The notes below the pieces were generated by a model. The model made no database searches. It saw nothing but the letters and a program-made list of their open reading frames with translations, and was not told where the DNA came from. A stretch of 64,000 bases of DNA from Podospora anserina (lineage: Eukaryota), in the NCBI GenBank assembly GCA_017654855.1, contig CM030334.1, positions 186,001 to 250,000 of the forward strand. Direction: 5' to 3'. Below are positions 1-12,777 of this stretch, piece after piece. Position 1 is the first letter of the stretch; every line of letters begins with the position of its first letter. Both the position numbers and the translations under genes were made by a program.

Positions 1-1122
1 AAGCTCGTGGGCCCACGCAAAAACATCTATCGGGGTACCGAGCTCGCTCTGGTCGAGGGCCCTCATCTCTACAAGCGGAATGGATGGTATTATCTCCTGA
101 CCGCCGAAGGAGGCACCGGCTACGACCACGCAGTCACCTTTGCCCGTTCCAGGGACATTTGGGGGCCCTATGAAACCCACCCAGACAAGCACATTCTCTC
201 CTCCAAGGACCATCCCCATGCCGCGCTGCAGCGTGCCGGACACGGTGATATTGTCGACACACCCGATGGCAAGACCTATCTCGTCCACCTTGCCGGCCGC
301 CCGACCACCCAGAGGAGAAGGTGCGTTCTCGGCCGCGAGACCGCCATCCAGGAATGCTTCTGGAAAGACGACTGGCTCTTTGTCAAGGATGGCCCTGTCC
401 CCTCCCTCCATGTCGAGCTCCCTGCCGCCCGGGATGAGGATCGGTACTGGGAGACGAAAAAGTACTCGTTCGATGCCGGCGAAGGACTGCACAAAGACTT
501 CCAGTGGCTTCGCACCCCCGAGACGGAGAGAATCTTCAACCTGGACAGCAACAAGCTCAACCTGATTGGCAGGGAGAGCATCGGTTCCTGGTTCGAGCAA
601 GCCCTCGTTGCGAGGAGGCAAGAGCACTTTTCCTACGACGCCGAGACAGTCATTGACTTTTCCCCCACCGACGAGAGAGAATTCGCCGGGCTGACGGCCT
701 ACTACTGCCGGTACAACTTTTTCTACCTCATCGTCAGCGCGCACAGTGACGGGCAGAGGGAGTTGCTGATCATGGCTTCCGAGGCGAGCTGGCCGGTGGG
801 GAATCTGGTCTTGCCGCTGTCGAATCCTGACAGTGTGGTTATTCCCAACGAGGGCAAAGTCAGACTCAAGGTTACGGTGAGGGGGAAGGAGCTGCAGTTT
901 TGGTACGCTCTTGAGGGTGAGCAGGAGCTCAAGAAGATCGGCCCGGTGTTTGACGCAAGTATTGTAAGTGATGAGTGTGGTGGGCATCAGGCTCATGGGA
1001 GTTTCACGGGGGCTTTTGTGGGGGTGGCTGCCTCGGATTTGAACGGGACGGGGAGGGTGGCCAGTTTTGAGGGGTTTGTGTACACGCCTGTGAAGCATGG
1101 TAGCGATCGGTATGAGGTTTAG
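1..1122 (+). CDS. GH43 beta-xylosidase/arabinofuranosidase, 5' part outside the window
   Basis: Open frame from the window edge with EGPHLYKRNGWYYLLTAEGGT, GHGDIV and LGRET motifs, followed by a C-terminal beta-sandwich ending FTGAFVGV. Confidence 0.9.
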   Translation, partial: KLVGPRKNIYRGTELALVEGPHLYKRNGWYYLLTAEGGTGYDHAVTFARSRDIWGPYETHPDKHILSSKDHPHAALQRAGHGDIVDTPDGKTYLVHLAGRPTTQRRRCVLGRETAIQECFWKDDWLFVKDGPVPSLHVELPAARDEDRYWETKKYSFDAGEGLHKDFQWLRTPETERIFNLDSNKLNLIGRESIGSWFEQALVARRQEHFSYDAETVIDFSPTDEREFAGLTAYYCRYNFFYLIVSAHSDGQRELLIMASEASWPVGNLVLPLSNPDSVVIPNEGKVRLKVTVRGKELQFWYALEGEQELKKIGPVFDASIVSDECGGHQAHGSFTGAFVGVAASDLNGTGRVASFEGFVYTPVKHGSDRYEV

Positions 1123-1569
1123 GGTTACTTACCTAGGAACTTGCCATGAGATAAGATCAACACGAGAGCGGTTGTGCTCGCCCCCTTCCTGCCAAGCGTG
1201 ACTATGCATAAACAAATTCCCCTAACAGCCAACATACCTCAGTCTTTGGCGCTTTAGCCCAGTGCAGGAAGAGCTTTTGTACACAGCTTCAGGTGCACTG
1301 GTCAAGGGGCAGGTACCAGGATACTTACCATGACCGGTTTTGGCAACGCACCATCCCACTGCTCATTGCCATGCAGCCGATTCGAGTTTTGTCAGAAAAG
1401 CATGTATCTCCAAGGCAAAAGTTCCAATAATCAGAACTTGGTAACCTAGTCAAAGAATGGTCAGAGACCTCATAAATAGGCTCTCCACCCAACACATCCG
1501 CCCCCTTTCTCCCCTCGTGCTCAGCTCATCATCTACCTCCCACACCTACTCAACCTTGACCTTGCCAAA

Positions 1570-2096
1570 ATGCACCTCCTCACGATCCTCTCCCTGGTAA
1601 CAGCAGCCTCAGCCACCCTATCCCGATGCGAAGGGTGTCGTCTCATGCCCACCGCCAAAAATGTGTTTGAATGCAGCCGGTGCGAAATGGCCAATGGCGC
1701 GCATGGCCCAGCTTGAACTTGGGACGCTGCTACATCAACGCGAACGGGAATTTGATCTTTCAGCACAAGTGCGTGCTCTCACAGACAGACTCTTCTGGGG
1801 TTAATGTTTGACATGATTTGTATAGCGGTGCATACCACCTATCCTGCCATGTGGGCAGTGCGAATGCTGCTTTTGACCTTCCCCGTGGCGATGCTTCGAT
1901 GTGGCTTCCTTGTCCTAGGATTAATGGGCAGTTGCATACGCCGTTGGCTGATTTGTGTGAGTTGATTTGGTTGTCGTTGTTCAGGTCGTTGCTGACTGAG
2001 TGTGGTTTACCTAGTGCTGATGTGAAGGTGGATAATGGGTTTCTTTACTGCCAGGGGGGGTATCCAAGGTCGAAGTCCAGGCGTTGGTTGAACTAG
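1570..2096 (+). pseudogene. Small secreted cysteine-rich CVNH-like protein, frameshifted
   Basis: Signal peptide MHLLTILSLVTAASA and CxxC pairs; the frame closes at ~1714 but LNLGRCYINANGNL continues in a shifted frame; two likely GT-AG introns follow. Confidence 0.55.
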
Positions 2097-2473
2097 GTTG
2101 GGATGTCTTTTGTCAGAGTTGGTGGAGAGAGAACCAAGTTGTGTTCAAGGGCCCCCTTGCTGGAAGATGGCGCAGCACAGTCGTTCCTTCACCATCGATC
2201 TAGACATAGCCGACCAAGCTGGCGTAAGAACATTTGGCATAATTTTAGTGGATATGAACGCGAGAGGTTAGAGCTTCAGAGGACTCGTTGCTTTCAACCG
2301 CTGTGACATTCTCTTGAGTCTAGAATTGTCGGGGATGCGTTGGTCGTCAACATAATGGGAAGTCGGCAGCATTTGGCTCGCGGCAAAGAACTTTGGATGT
2401 AATCTTTCGAACCATCTTTTACTCAGCTAACTACTCCATCTTATTGCCTCAAAGCCATACCTCCATCTCCACC

Positions 2474-3009
2474 ATGCGTCCCCTCAACCTCACCATCTCC
2501 CTCCTCTCCCTAGGAACAGCAGCAACAGACACCTTACTCGAATCATGCCGTGACTGTCCCCTCAAGTCCAATGAAAAGAACATTCTCCAATGCGGCAGCT
2601 GCCAAATGCGAAATGACAAATGAAACCGCGGTTCAACGCTGAACCCCGGAAAATGCTACATCAATTCATGGGGATTACTCAAAGTCCAGAAGGAGTTCAT
2701 ATTTTCCCATCCACCCCCCCTTCCTTTCTCAAATTTCTTGTGCTAACAGAGACACCCTTATTTTTCTGATTGCAGCGGGGAATATCATCTCTCCTGTGAT
2801 ATTTCTAACCCCGGGTTCAAAATCACCGCCGCCGTCACCGCCGAAACGTGGCTTCCTTGCCCCGATGACAAGGGCGGTCTGATTGCTTCGAATGTTCTCC
2901 TGCTTCAGTCAACTAGCCTTATTGATATTCTCCTCAAAGTCATCGCTGACAGTGGCTAATCAACATGTTCATAATGTTATGGGCGTTCTCCATTGCAACA
3001 ACTTGTAGG
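2474..3009 (+). pseudogene. Tandem paralog of the CVNH-like secreted protein with an in-frame stop
   Basis: MRPLNLTISLLSLG...CRDC...CGSC..DK*NRGSTLNPGKCYINSWG; the downstream exon GEYHLSC...WLPCP matches GAYHLSC...WLPCP of the upstream copy; 3' end approximate. Confidence 0.5.
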
Positions 3010-3486
3010 ATGAGCGTGGCGGGAAATGGGGGCTTCGGTCCGATGTCAAAAAACTCAGTTGAATAAAGAGTCCATCGTTGAGATGGACCGATGGTATGTG
3101 TGGGCCGCTATAGTTGAAGGTATTGGAAGAGATATTGGTGCGCACACCAGATGGGCCCTGCTGATACATGTTTAGGTAGTTGAACAGCCTTATCATTGCA
3201 GTACATCGAGCTAAGCTTTTTTGGTTGATATATTTCATCAACCGACCATGACACATATTGCCCTCCCACAAATATCATCCCAGAAAAAGCTGCTGGCTAG
3301 CTAGATCATCGGGGCTGTTCCATCTCAATGGATCTGCAAAGGCAGCCGTCGTGTATCAAAGCCGCAGCCTAACCTCTGGCTGAAATCGTTCTTCCCAGGG
3401 TTTGATTAGCGTCTCCAACCTGGAGCCTTTGGTGCCCTGACCCTTCGAGAGTTAGTCCAGATCATATTTGGACTTCTGAACACAGA

Positions 3487-4405
3487 TCATGCAGGCAGCG
3501 GTGCATAACTCGGCGTCTGAAGGTGGCGCACCCGGATTGCGTGAAGCCACGGGGCATAGACTCGGAGGTCGCACCATCCATCTCCCTTCGCAACAAAGTT
3601 GAGGCCTCTCTTCATCGACGCAGCCAAGGCCTTTGAAAGCGGAAGAAACTCTTTGTCGCCCAGTTTCAAGGCTGTCTCGACGCGACCATACCGCAGAAAG
3701 AGCTCCCGCCCAACCCCTTGGGCGACAACCTCGGCCAAGACGCGGGAACTTTCAAAAGAAGGTTTAACATCAGGTGGCCAGTTGTCCTGAAAGATTCGGC
3801 CTGGACGGTCCCGGCCGAGATTACAATACGCCACCGGAGGCTCTGCATTCGTCGTCGAGACGCGGTGCTTGAGGGTGGGATTCCCAGGGCGACAAAGCTT
3901 CTTTCCAACCGAACTGAGCACGGGTGGGGTCGAGCACAAGCTGTCTGGCCGAAGACAGGGTGAGACGTAGGACATTGTGACCAGGCATCCCGCTGAACTC
4001 GACGCGGTCTGGTGTCATGCGGCAGACGGGTATGTTGATATTTTTGGGTCTGAAATGAGCCTCTGTCAGGTCCATAAAATGCTCCCAATCTTCCTCGTAG
4101 AGCTTGACGACGCGGCTGATTTGTCTGTGCTTAGGCCAGGGTTGAGCTTGGCATGTCCGGTCGCAATAGAGTGTTCTGATGGTCTCGTGGCTGCAGTTGT
4201 CGCCGTTCTTGATGAGACATGGAGAGCACCGCATGGTAGCGCCCTGCTTGCCGCATGCTGCGCAGCTGTCTCCCAAGAGTCCCTCAGGCAGAAGGCTGTG
4301 ATCGGTTTCCGGGCCTGTTACGGGGGGCTGGTTGGGCAAAGAATCTTCCTTCCGACAGCATGTGATCCAAAGGCAGAAGCGAAGGGCCTTGGCTTTGTTG
4401 CTCAT
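3487..4405 (-). pseudogene. MYND-type zinc-finger gene, apparently frameshifted
   Basis: CAACGKQGATMRCSPC...YCDRTCQAQPWPKHRQ; coding-like sequence is split over several overlapping minus-strand frames. Confidence 0.5.
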
Positions 4406-4550
4406 ATCGTCGGAAGAAGGGGGACATTTGAGCGCCAGGAGCGCTACCTGCTGGAGAATCCAGAGCGGCTTCGACTCATTCACCTCGCCGTTTCCAAGCG
4501 CCTCACTTCTGAGCGCCTCCCAATGCCCCATCAAGCTTCTAAAAAGGAAT

Positions 4551-4652
4551 AACTGCGCCTCTCTGTCGGAACCTGCGTCTCTCTGTCGGAACCTGCGTCT
4601 CTCTGTCGGAACCTGCGTCTCTCTGTCGGAACCTGCGTCTCTCTGTCGGAAC
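4551..4652. repeat. 20-bp minisatellite, 5 copies (ACCTGCGTCTCTCTGTCGGA)
   Basis: Read directly; the first copy is slightly diverged. Confidence 0.97.
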
Positions 4653-6538
4653 ATGGTTTGTTTAGTATTTGCACGGCGTATCGCGAGCCGACGTACTGGA
4701 TTTTCGACCAGAACTCTTTGTATCCTCACGTAGTCGTCATATGTGGGGAGGTTTTCAAAGAAGTTGTCGACTGGGTCGTCGGTGATGTCGAGTCGCTTGA
4801 TCGCGTCAAGCAGAGTTTGGTCGCTGGAGATGTTGGATCGCGCAGGATGTCGTCAAGCAGATTTTGGCCGCCAGAGCTGACCATTTTTGCAGAAGCCGGG
4901 TAGATTGAAAGGCGGATAAGTCGAAGTGATGCTGAGAAGGAGAAAGACAGGCAGCATTGTAGAGGGTTCAACTGGCAACGGGGTCTGTCGAAAGAAGTTT
5001 GACGACGGGATTGAGGCAGGAAAAGAGTATCACGGAGTCGATGGGGTAAACAAGCAGAAAATTCTTCGAAGCCAGTCTCTGCAATCTGAAAGAGAGAGCG
5101 AAGGTACATACGGTGACCGTACCTTGATAAAAAATGAAAAAAACAACCCCTCTGAATGGCTGACAAGGTCATTTCACACAGTTGAGAACAGCAAAAAAAG
5201 CGTTTATTGAAGAGGCATATTTATCAGACCTGAATCTCCTCAGGGGTCTCGTTTGAATCTCGCTCTTTTGTGGAGGATCGACTGATGTCTCCTATCATCT
5301 CTTTGAAGCCCATCGACCACCCTGTAAGGCCTCTCACCAGTTTTGAAGTGACGGCTTCAACGAGGGTCAAATCTTTGTAAGTCTAGACTTTCTCTACAAT
5401 CTACACCTTTTGCGAAGCAGAGCATGTCAACTGTCAACAGGCAACGGTCATGTTATCACCCTTCCTGCCTGGATCTCATGGTAATTTATGTCTGACACCT
5501 GACCTGACATAGACTTTGAACTGATGCTAGAAAGCTCTAGTTTATTTCACTTTTCACTTCTCAATATCGACCACTCAAGCTCCCGGCGCCTGTCGTTGGA
5601 CACATGATCCGAACACGCTAACAGAGATGCATGGTATTTTACTCGGGGTCTGCTAAGGCTCGCTTGGGTCACACAGCGCAGCTTCCGCTTGCCCAAAACA
5701 ATGACCGATGCAGCCCAGGTCCAATCACACAACACGCTTATAAACAACACCGCGCATTGCATCTCGAGTTGCGTCACGGAGCATAGAATTCGACTTTACA
5801 TCCCTGGGTACGAGAACCACAGGCGAACAACATGACGAACTCCCTCATGCAGTACCATGACCAGCCACGCCCTCTCCCCTCACGGGGCGATTACTGCAAC
5901 GAAAACCCCATCGACTCAAGTCTTGCTTTGCGGGGATGCCATGGCGGGAATTGTCGCATTGGCTTAATTAACCATGCCTGGCAAAGCGGCCCGGCTATGA
6001 CATCGTCGCAGCAGCCACAGCCGCTTCGGAACCACGTCTCCTCTGCCCGCCCTCGAGTGCCGATCGTCCAATATATCGACCGTCTGCACCCCAGGTTGAG
6101 TCATTTATCCCACACTCTCGCGAGAAGGTTTTCCCACCTCCCATTTGCTCGCATGCTGACGTCCCCTCCCGCCGCGGACCTCGTTCCTGCTTTGGACCGC
6201 CGACGAGATCTGGTGATATATTGCATCTGTGGGGCCGCGGCCATCTGACGACGATTAAATGTCGCCTCGTTCCGACTGGGCGGGTCTGGGCATCACTCCT
6301 CGGAGCCGTGTCTCTACGCCAGAATGTCGTATAAGGACGAGGAACCGGCCGGGTGAGGTGCTGTGGTGGTCTGTCGTACGGCAGGTGCTGTGAGGGAATC
6401 CGGAGAACAACTTTGTTCCTCTTTGACCATTCTCCGACTGGAGGTGTGACATCGGACGAATCACATTTTCTCCCTCGAGTTCAAGAAGCTGAGACGTCCC
6501 GAGTGCTCTGCCGGTCTTTCAGCAATCAACATCTCGCC

Positions 6539-8798
6539 ATGGCTCTTCAAACCTTCTTCCTGCTGGCGGCAGCCATGCTGGCCAACGCAGAGACAACAGG
6601 CGAAAAGGTCTCTCGGCAAGCACCGTCTGGCGCTCAAGCATGGGCCGCCGCCCACTCCCAGGCTGCCGCCACTCTGGCCAGAATGTCACAGCAAGACAAG
6701 ATCAACATGGTCACGGGCATTGGCTGGGACAGAGGGCCTTGCGTGGGAAACACAGCTGCCATCAGCTCCATCAACTATCCTCAAATCTGTCTTCAGGATG
6801 GACCATTGGGCATTCGCTTCGGCACTGGTACCACCGCCTTCACACCTGGCGTCCAAGCTGCTTCGACATGGGACGTTGATCTGATCCGGCAGCGCGGTGC
6901 TTACCTGGGCGCCGAAGCCAAGGGCTGCGGCATTCACATCCTTTTGGGGCCCGTTGCCGGTGCCCTGGGCAAGATTCCCCACGGCGGTCGCAACTGGGAG
7001 GGATTTGGCGCCGACCCCTACCTTGCCGGTATTGCCATGAAGGAGACCATCGAGGGTATTCAGTCAGCAGGCGTCCAGGCCAACGCCAAGCACTACATTG
7101 CAAACGAACAAGAGCTCAACCGCGAGACCATGAGCAGCAATGTGGATGACCGCACTCAGCACGAGCTCTACCTCTGGCCCTTTGCCGACGCCGTGCACGC
7201 CAACGTCGCCAGCGTCATGTGCAGTTACAACAAGCTCAATGGCACGTGGGCTTGCGAGAATGACAAGGCTCTGAATCAGATCTTGAAGAAGGAGCTCGGA
7301 TTCCAGGGCTACGTTCTCAGCGACTGGAATGCTCAGCACAGCACTGCTCTGTCTGCTAACAGTGGTCTGGACATGACTATGCCCGGTACCGATTTCAACG
7401 GCCGCAATGTCTACTGGGGCCCTCAACTGAACAACGCTGTCAACGCCGGCCAGGTTCAGAGATCCAGACTAGACGACATGTGCAAGAGAATCTTGGCTGG
7501 CTGGTACTTGCTCGGTCAGAACCAGGGCTATCCCGCCATCAACATCAGGGCCAACGTTCAGGGCAACCATAAGGAGAACGTACGTGCTGTTGCCAGAGAC
7601 GGCATCGTCTTGCTGAAGAACGATGGAATTCTGCCGCTTTCCAAGCCGAGAAAGATTGCTGTCGTGGGCTCCCACTCCGTCAACAATCCCCAGGGAATCA
7701 ACGCCTGTGTTGACAAGGGCTGCAATGTTGGCACCCTTGGCATGGGCTGGGGTTCAGGCAGCGTCAACTACCCCTATCTCGTGTCCCCGTACGATGCTCT
7801 CCGGACTCGTGCTCAGGCCGATGGCACACAAATCAGCCTCCACAACACTGACAGCACCAACGGTGTGTCAAACGTTGTGTCTGACGCTGATGCTGTTGTT
7901 GTTGTCATCACTGCCGATTCTGGTGAAGGGTACATCACTGTCGAGGGCCACGCTGGCGACCGCAGCCACCTTGACCCGTGGCACAATGGCAACCAACTTG
8001 TTCAGGCTGCCGCGGCTGCCAACAAGAACGTCATCGTTGTTGTGCACAGTGTTGGCCAGATCACCCTGGAGACTATCCTCAACACCAATGGAGTCCGCGC
8101 GATTGTGTGGGCTGGTCTTCCGGGCCAAGAGAATGGCAACGCTCTTGTTGATGTTCTCTACGGCTTGGTTTCGCCATCTGGAAAGCTTCCCTACACCATT
8201 GGCAAGAGGGAGTCGGACTATGGCACAGCCGTTGTTCGTGGGGATGATAACTTCAGGGAGGGCCTTTTTGTTGACTACCGTCACTTTGACAATGCCAGGA
8301 TCGAGCCGCGCTATGAGTTTGGCTTTGGTCTTTGTAAGTTCCAGCGGCGGAGTTGGGTTTGATTTCAAGCTTTCCTAACCTGATAAAACAGCTTACACCA
8401 ATTTCACCTTCTCCGACATCAAGATTACTTCCAATGTCAAGCCGGGGCCCGCTACTGGCCAGACCATTCCCGGCGGACCTGCCGACCTGTGGGAGGACGT
8501 TGCGACAGTCACTGCAACCATCACCAACTCGGGTGCTGTCGAGGGCGCTGAGGTTGCCCAGCTTTACATCGGCCTGCCGTCCTCGGCTCCTGCCTCTCCC
8601 CCGAAGCAGCTGCGTGGATTTTCCAAGCTGAAGCTGGCCCCGGGTGCCAGCGGCACTGCCACATTCAACCTCAGACGCAGAGATCTCAGCTATTGGGATA
8701 CCCGCCTCCAGAACTGGGTCGTGCCCAGCGGCAACTTTGTCGTCAGCGTCGGCGCCAGCTCGAGAGATATCCGCTTGACGGGCACCATCACGGCGTAG
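6539..8798 (+). CDS. Secreted GH3 beta-glucosidase (intron 8334-8391)
   Basis: Signal peptide; GGRNWEGF, KHYIANEQE and nucleophile motif VLSDW; C-terminal FnIII-like exon after a GTAAGT...CAG intron. Confidence 0.95.
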
Positions 8799-10204
8799 GG
8801 AGGGTAGAGAACAGGAAGGCCCAAAAAGATGCCATGACTTTCAAAAGTGTTGGCAGAGTTGCAAATGTTTGGTAATGTACTTACGGCCATGCGATGGTGG
8901 ATACCAAAAGAAGATTACATTGAACTATCATCAGCATGTGATGCCATGGAAAAGGCGTGTGGGGGCCGCTATCAATTCAAGCTTCCCCGTAGAGCTTGGG
9001 AAAATTTCTTGTCTTGTTTAGACTTTCGCGCCGCTCCCCCACCTTCTACTCTTGCTCCTGTCCATCGTCACTAGAGGAAGGGCAGCGGGGGTGTCGATGA
9101 TGCAATCGCACAAGGGCCCGGCGCTAGGATGTTGGTCAACGTTGTGAAGTTGACTCTTGAATTAGACTGACACATTGCTATCACGACATATGTATGCATC
9201 ACAAGTGGGTGCATGATCGGGGATTGTGACAAAAAGGGTAGGTGGTCTCGATTCGAAAGTGTCCAGCAGGAATGGAAACTGAGATATCTCTCGGCTTCTC
9301 GGCACAGTTGTTCTTACCCGGTTCTGTGCCTGTTCTAGCGCTTGTGCTACAGAGTCACATGGCGGGCTGGATGGTGGCTTGCAGGTAAGGGTGGTAGTCG
9401 TGCATACTGATATCGTCGATAGTCGAGATATATTTGTTGAACCGCCCTGGCAGCTGATAACCTCAGCAACCAAGATTATTGTTCAACGGACAGCTTCACG
9501 AAACCTTTGTCATCCAGTTATCATACCATTCGACTGCCGGAGCCAGAGATCCATGATAGCCATGGCGGAAATATCTAACCAGCATCACCGGATGGCATCG
9601 CGGGATTTAGCGACCGTTCACAACAATAGGTACAAACAATAAGGTCCGGTTGGCTACAGCAATGCAACCTTAATTCAAGCTGAGGCTAGCAGAGGTGCTT
9701 TTGTCGTGTTGTTGGTTGACCTTCCTATTACGGGAGGAGGTCTCACTACCGAGAGGATCGCCACCGAGATGCGAAGACTCAAATGCCGCCCACATATCTT
9801 GAGAGCTCCCAGATGTGGAAGTGCTTGTGGGGGATAGGGGGAATCGGATGGCGGGTGCAATTGGGGAAGGTAGCTGGATGGGAGGTGGCATCGCGTCGGT
9901 ACCCTGCCTTGGCGATCCGATGAGCCTCCTACCTACCTTGGTGTGATCCGTGAACGTCGCGAGTGGATTGGCCAGGGCCTTTGATGATGCTTGGACATCT
10001 GCTTGCTTTCACGGCGGTTGGGGGGATACTATCGCTGGGATATCGCGCATGAGGGCTGACCCTCGCACCATGGTGAAGGTTGAATGGCTGACGAGTATAG
10101 AAAGGGTGTTGATCCCCGGGTCTTTTGGTGAGAGTTCCCGTTGATCTTCAGTCCCGACGTCAACAACACCGCCGGTACCCAAATCCCCGGATACCTCAGT
10201 CACG

Positions 10205-11585
10205 ATGAAGACCTCCGCCACTCTCCTCATGGCCATGTCGGCCTTGGTCGCCGCCGAGCCCATGTCGGTGCTGCGCCAGAAGAAGCTCGACCTCTGGTCC
10301 GCCCAGAGCGAGGCCGGTGTCTTCGACATCAACCGCTACGCTGCCCAGGCCGCCACCTCTTGCGTCAACGGCAAGGCTGGCGAGTACCAGTGCAAGAACG
10401 TTGACCTGGTCTCGTTCTTGCGCCACCAGGACATGGGCTCCAGCACCCGCCGCGGTAACGACGTCTGGGGTATGCATTCCTCCCAAGACCGTCTTTCGTG
10501 AAAGACTGTGCTAACAACTTTCAGGATGGACCCACGCCGCCTCAGGCCGTGAGTTCGGCGCTGTTGGCCAGACTGACGGTACCGCTTTCGTCGAGATCAA
10601 GGCTGACGGCTCTCTCGTCTACCTTGGCCGTCTCCCCACCCAGACCACGTCGTCTTCGTGGCGTGACATGAAGGTCATCGGCAACCATGTCTACATTGGT
10701 GCCGAGTCCAGCAACCACGGTCTTCAGGTCTTTGACTTGACCAAGCTCCTCACCATCACCACCCCCCGCACCTTCAGCATCACCTCCGACCTCAAGGCCC
10801 GCTTCACCGGCTTCGGCAACAGCCACAACATCGTCGCCCACGAGGAGAAGAACATGATCTACGCTGTCGGCACCGGCACTGCCGCCGGCTGCCGCGGTGG
10901 TCTCTTCATGGTCAACGTGACCAACCCCGCCGCTCCCACCTCGGCCGGCTGCATGTCGGCTGGCGGCTACGTCCACGACGCCCAGTGCGTGGTCTACAAG
11001 GGTCCCGACACCCGCTACACCAACAAGGAGATCTGCTTCAACTTCAACGAGGACACCCTCGACATTGTTGACGTGACCAACAAGCGCAGCCCAGTCACGC
11101 TCTCCAGCACGGGGTACACCGGTTCCTCGTACACGCACCAGGGCTGGCTCGCCGACGCCGGCATGCGCTACCTCCTCCTCGATGACGAGCTGGATGAGCA
11201 GAACCGCAAAGGTCCTGCCGCCAACCAAAAGACCACCACCTACATTGTCGACATCTCCAGCCTGACTGCCCCCAAGTTCACCGGCACCTACCAGAGCCCC
11301 GCCACCGCCATCGACCACAACCAGTACGTCCACAACGGCCTCAGCTACCAGGCCAACTACGGCTCTGGTCTCCGCATCGTTGATGTCCGCAGCGTTACCA
11401 CCGATCCTACTGGCAAGAGCTTCAAGGAGGTTGGCTTCTTTGACTGCTACCCCGAGGATGACTCTGTTGGTGGCCGCGCCGAGTTCACCGGTACCTGGTC
11501 TGTGTACCCTTACTTCAAGAGCGGCCACATCCTTCTCAACTCGATCGAGAGGGGTATCTTCGTGCTCAAGTACACCGGCGCTTGA
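10205..11585 (+). CDS. Secreted choice-of-anchor-B / LVIVD-like repeat protein (intron 10470-10524)
   Basis: Signal peptide; the spliced join gives NDVWGWT; WRDMK, HNIV, YVHDAQCV, YTHQGW, LLDDELDE, IDHNQY and WSVYPYF motifs; strong codon bias. Confidence 0.8.
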
Positions 11586-11972
11586 ACGACTGGGATGGAA
11601 ATGAAGAGAGGAGGGTTGGGAGTAACGGGGAAATTTTGCTGTACATAGCTTCTGAGATGAATGAACATGCCTCTTGATCAAACTCGCGAGATCTGACATG
11701 TTGGGACGTGCAAACGGGGTGACAGCTGATTCAGGGGCTGAGACAGTGCGCAGGATCGGTTCCCATGACAAAGGAACACTGTGCCCATTATTATGTCATC
11801 GCCAACGTGACCAAACCCTCCTCGTCAGCAAAGTGGGCATGCATGTGTTCCCCCAGACCCGTCGGGTGCCCCCGCGTTTTCCAACACTTACTTGTAGCCA
11901 AGACCACCCCAGACATCATCGTGCAGCTTCCCCCTTCTCAGCATCGAAACTTTGATTTCTCTACCAAACAAA

Positions 11973-12777
11973 ATGTCAGCTCAGGACTACTACAATTCGT
12001 ATCAGGGCGGTGGTGGTGGCGGCGGTCAGCAGCAACAGCAGCAGCAACAGGGCTACGGTTATAGCAACTCTGGCCAGCAGACATACGACGGTCAGCAGCA
12101 GGGTCAGGGGTATTATCCCCCTCCTCCTCCTCCTCCTCCTCCGCAGCAGCAGCAGCAGCAGTATTACCCCCCGCCTGGGCAGCCACACCCGCAAGGGCAG
12201 TATGGACAGCAGCAGTATGGCCAACACCAGGGACAGCATGGTCAACACCAGCAACCCCCGCCCTACCACCAAAACCAAGACCCGGTAGCCCACCAAGAGC
12301 AGCAGCAGCAAGGAGGTAAAGATCGCGCCGGGCTTGGAAGTGCTCTGCTCGGCGCGGCAGCCGGCGCTTTGCTTGGGCACTCGGCCGGAGGGGGAGGCAG
12401 CGGAGGCGGATCACTGGCTACGGCCGCGGCCGGGGTTCTTGGAGGGGCGTTTGCGGGGAATAAGCTGGAGGGGGTGATTGGGGATAAGTAAGTTCTTGTT
12501 TTGGTTTTGTTTTTTTAGCGACCTGGGGAGGAGTTGCTGACTCGACTGAAATAGACTTGACAAGCCGAAGAAGGAGGAGAAGAAGGACAAGGACAAGGAG
12601 GACAAGAAGGACAAGAAAGACAAGAAGGACAAGCACAAGGAGGGGAAGAAGGAGAAGGATAATGAGGGGAAGAAGGAGAAGAAGGAGAAGAAGGAGAAGA
12701 AGCACAAGAAGGAGAAGAAGAGTAAGAAGGGGAGTGGGTCTGATTCGGACTCGTCGGATAGCTCTGATTCTGACTGA
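11973..12777 (+). CDS. Low-complexity protein: Q/G/Y/P-rich N-terminus, glycine-zipper segment, K/E/D-rich tail (intron 12488-12554)
   Basis: ATG at 11973; the GTAAGT...TAG intron joins in frame to a KKEKK-rich exon ending SDSD*. Confidence 0.8.

Noticed and set aside
10542-11771. 409-aa minus-strand ORF
   Set aside because: Antisense shadow of the secreted protein gene
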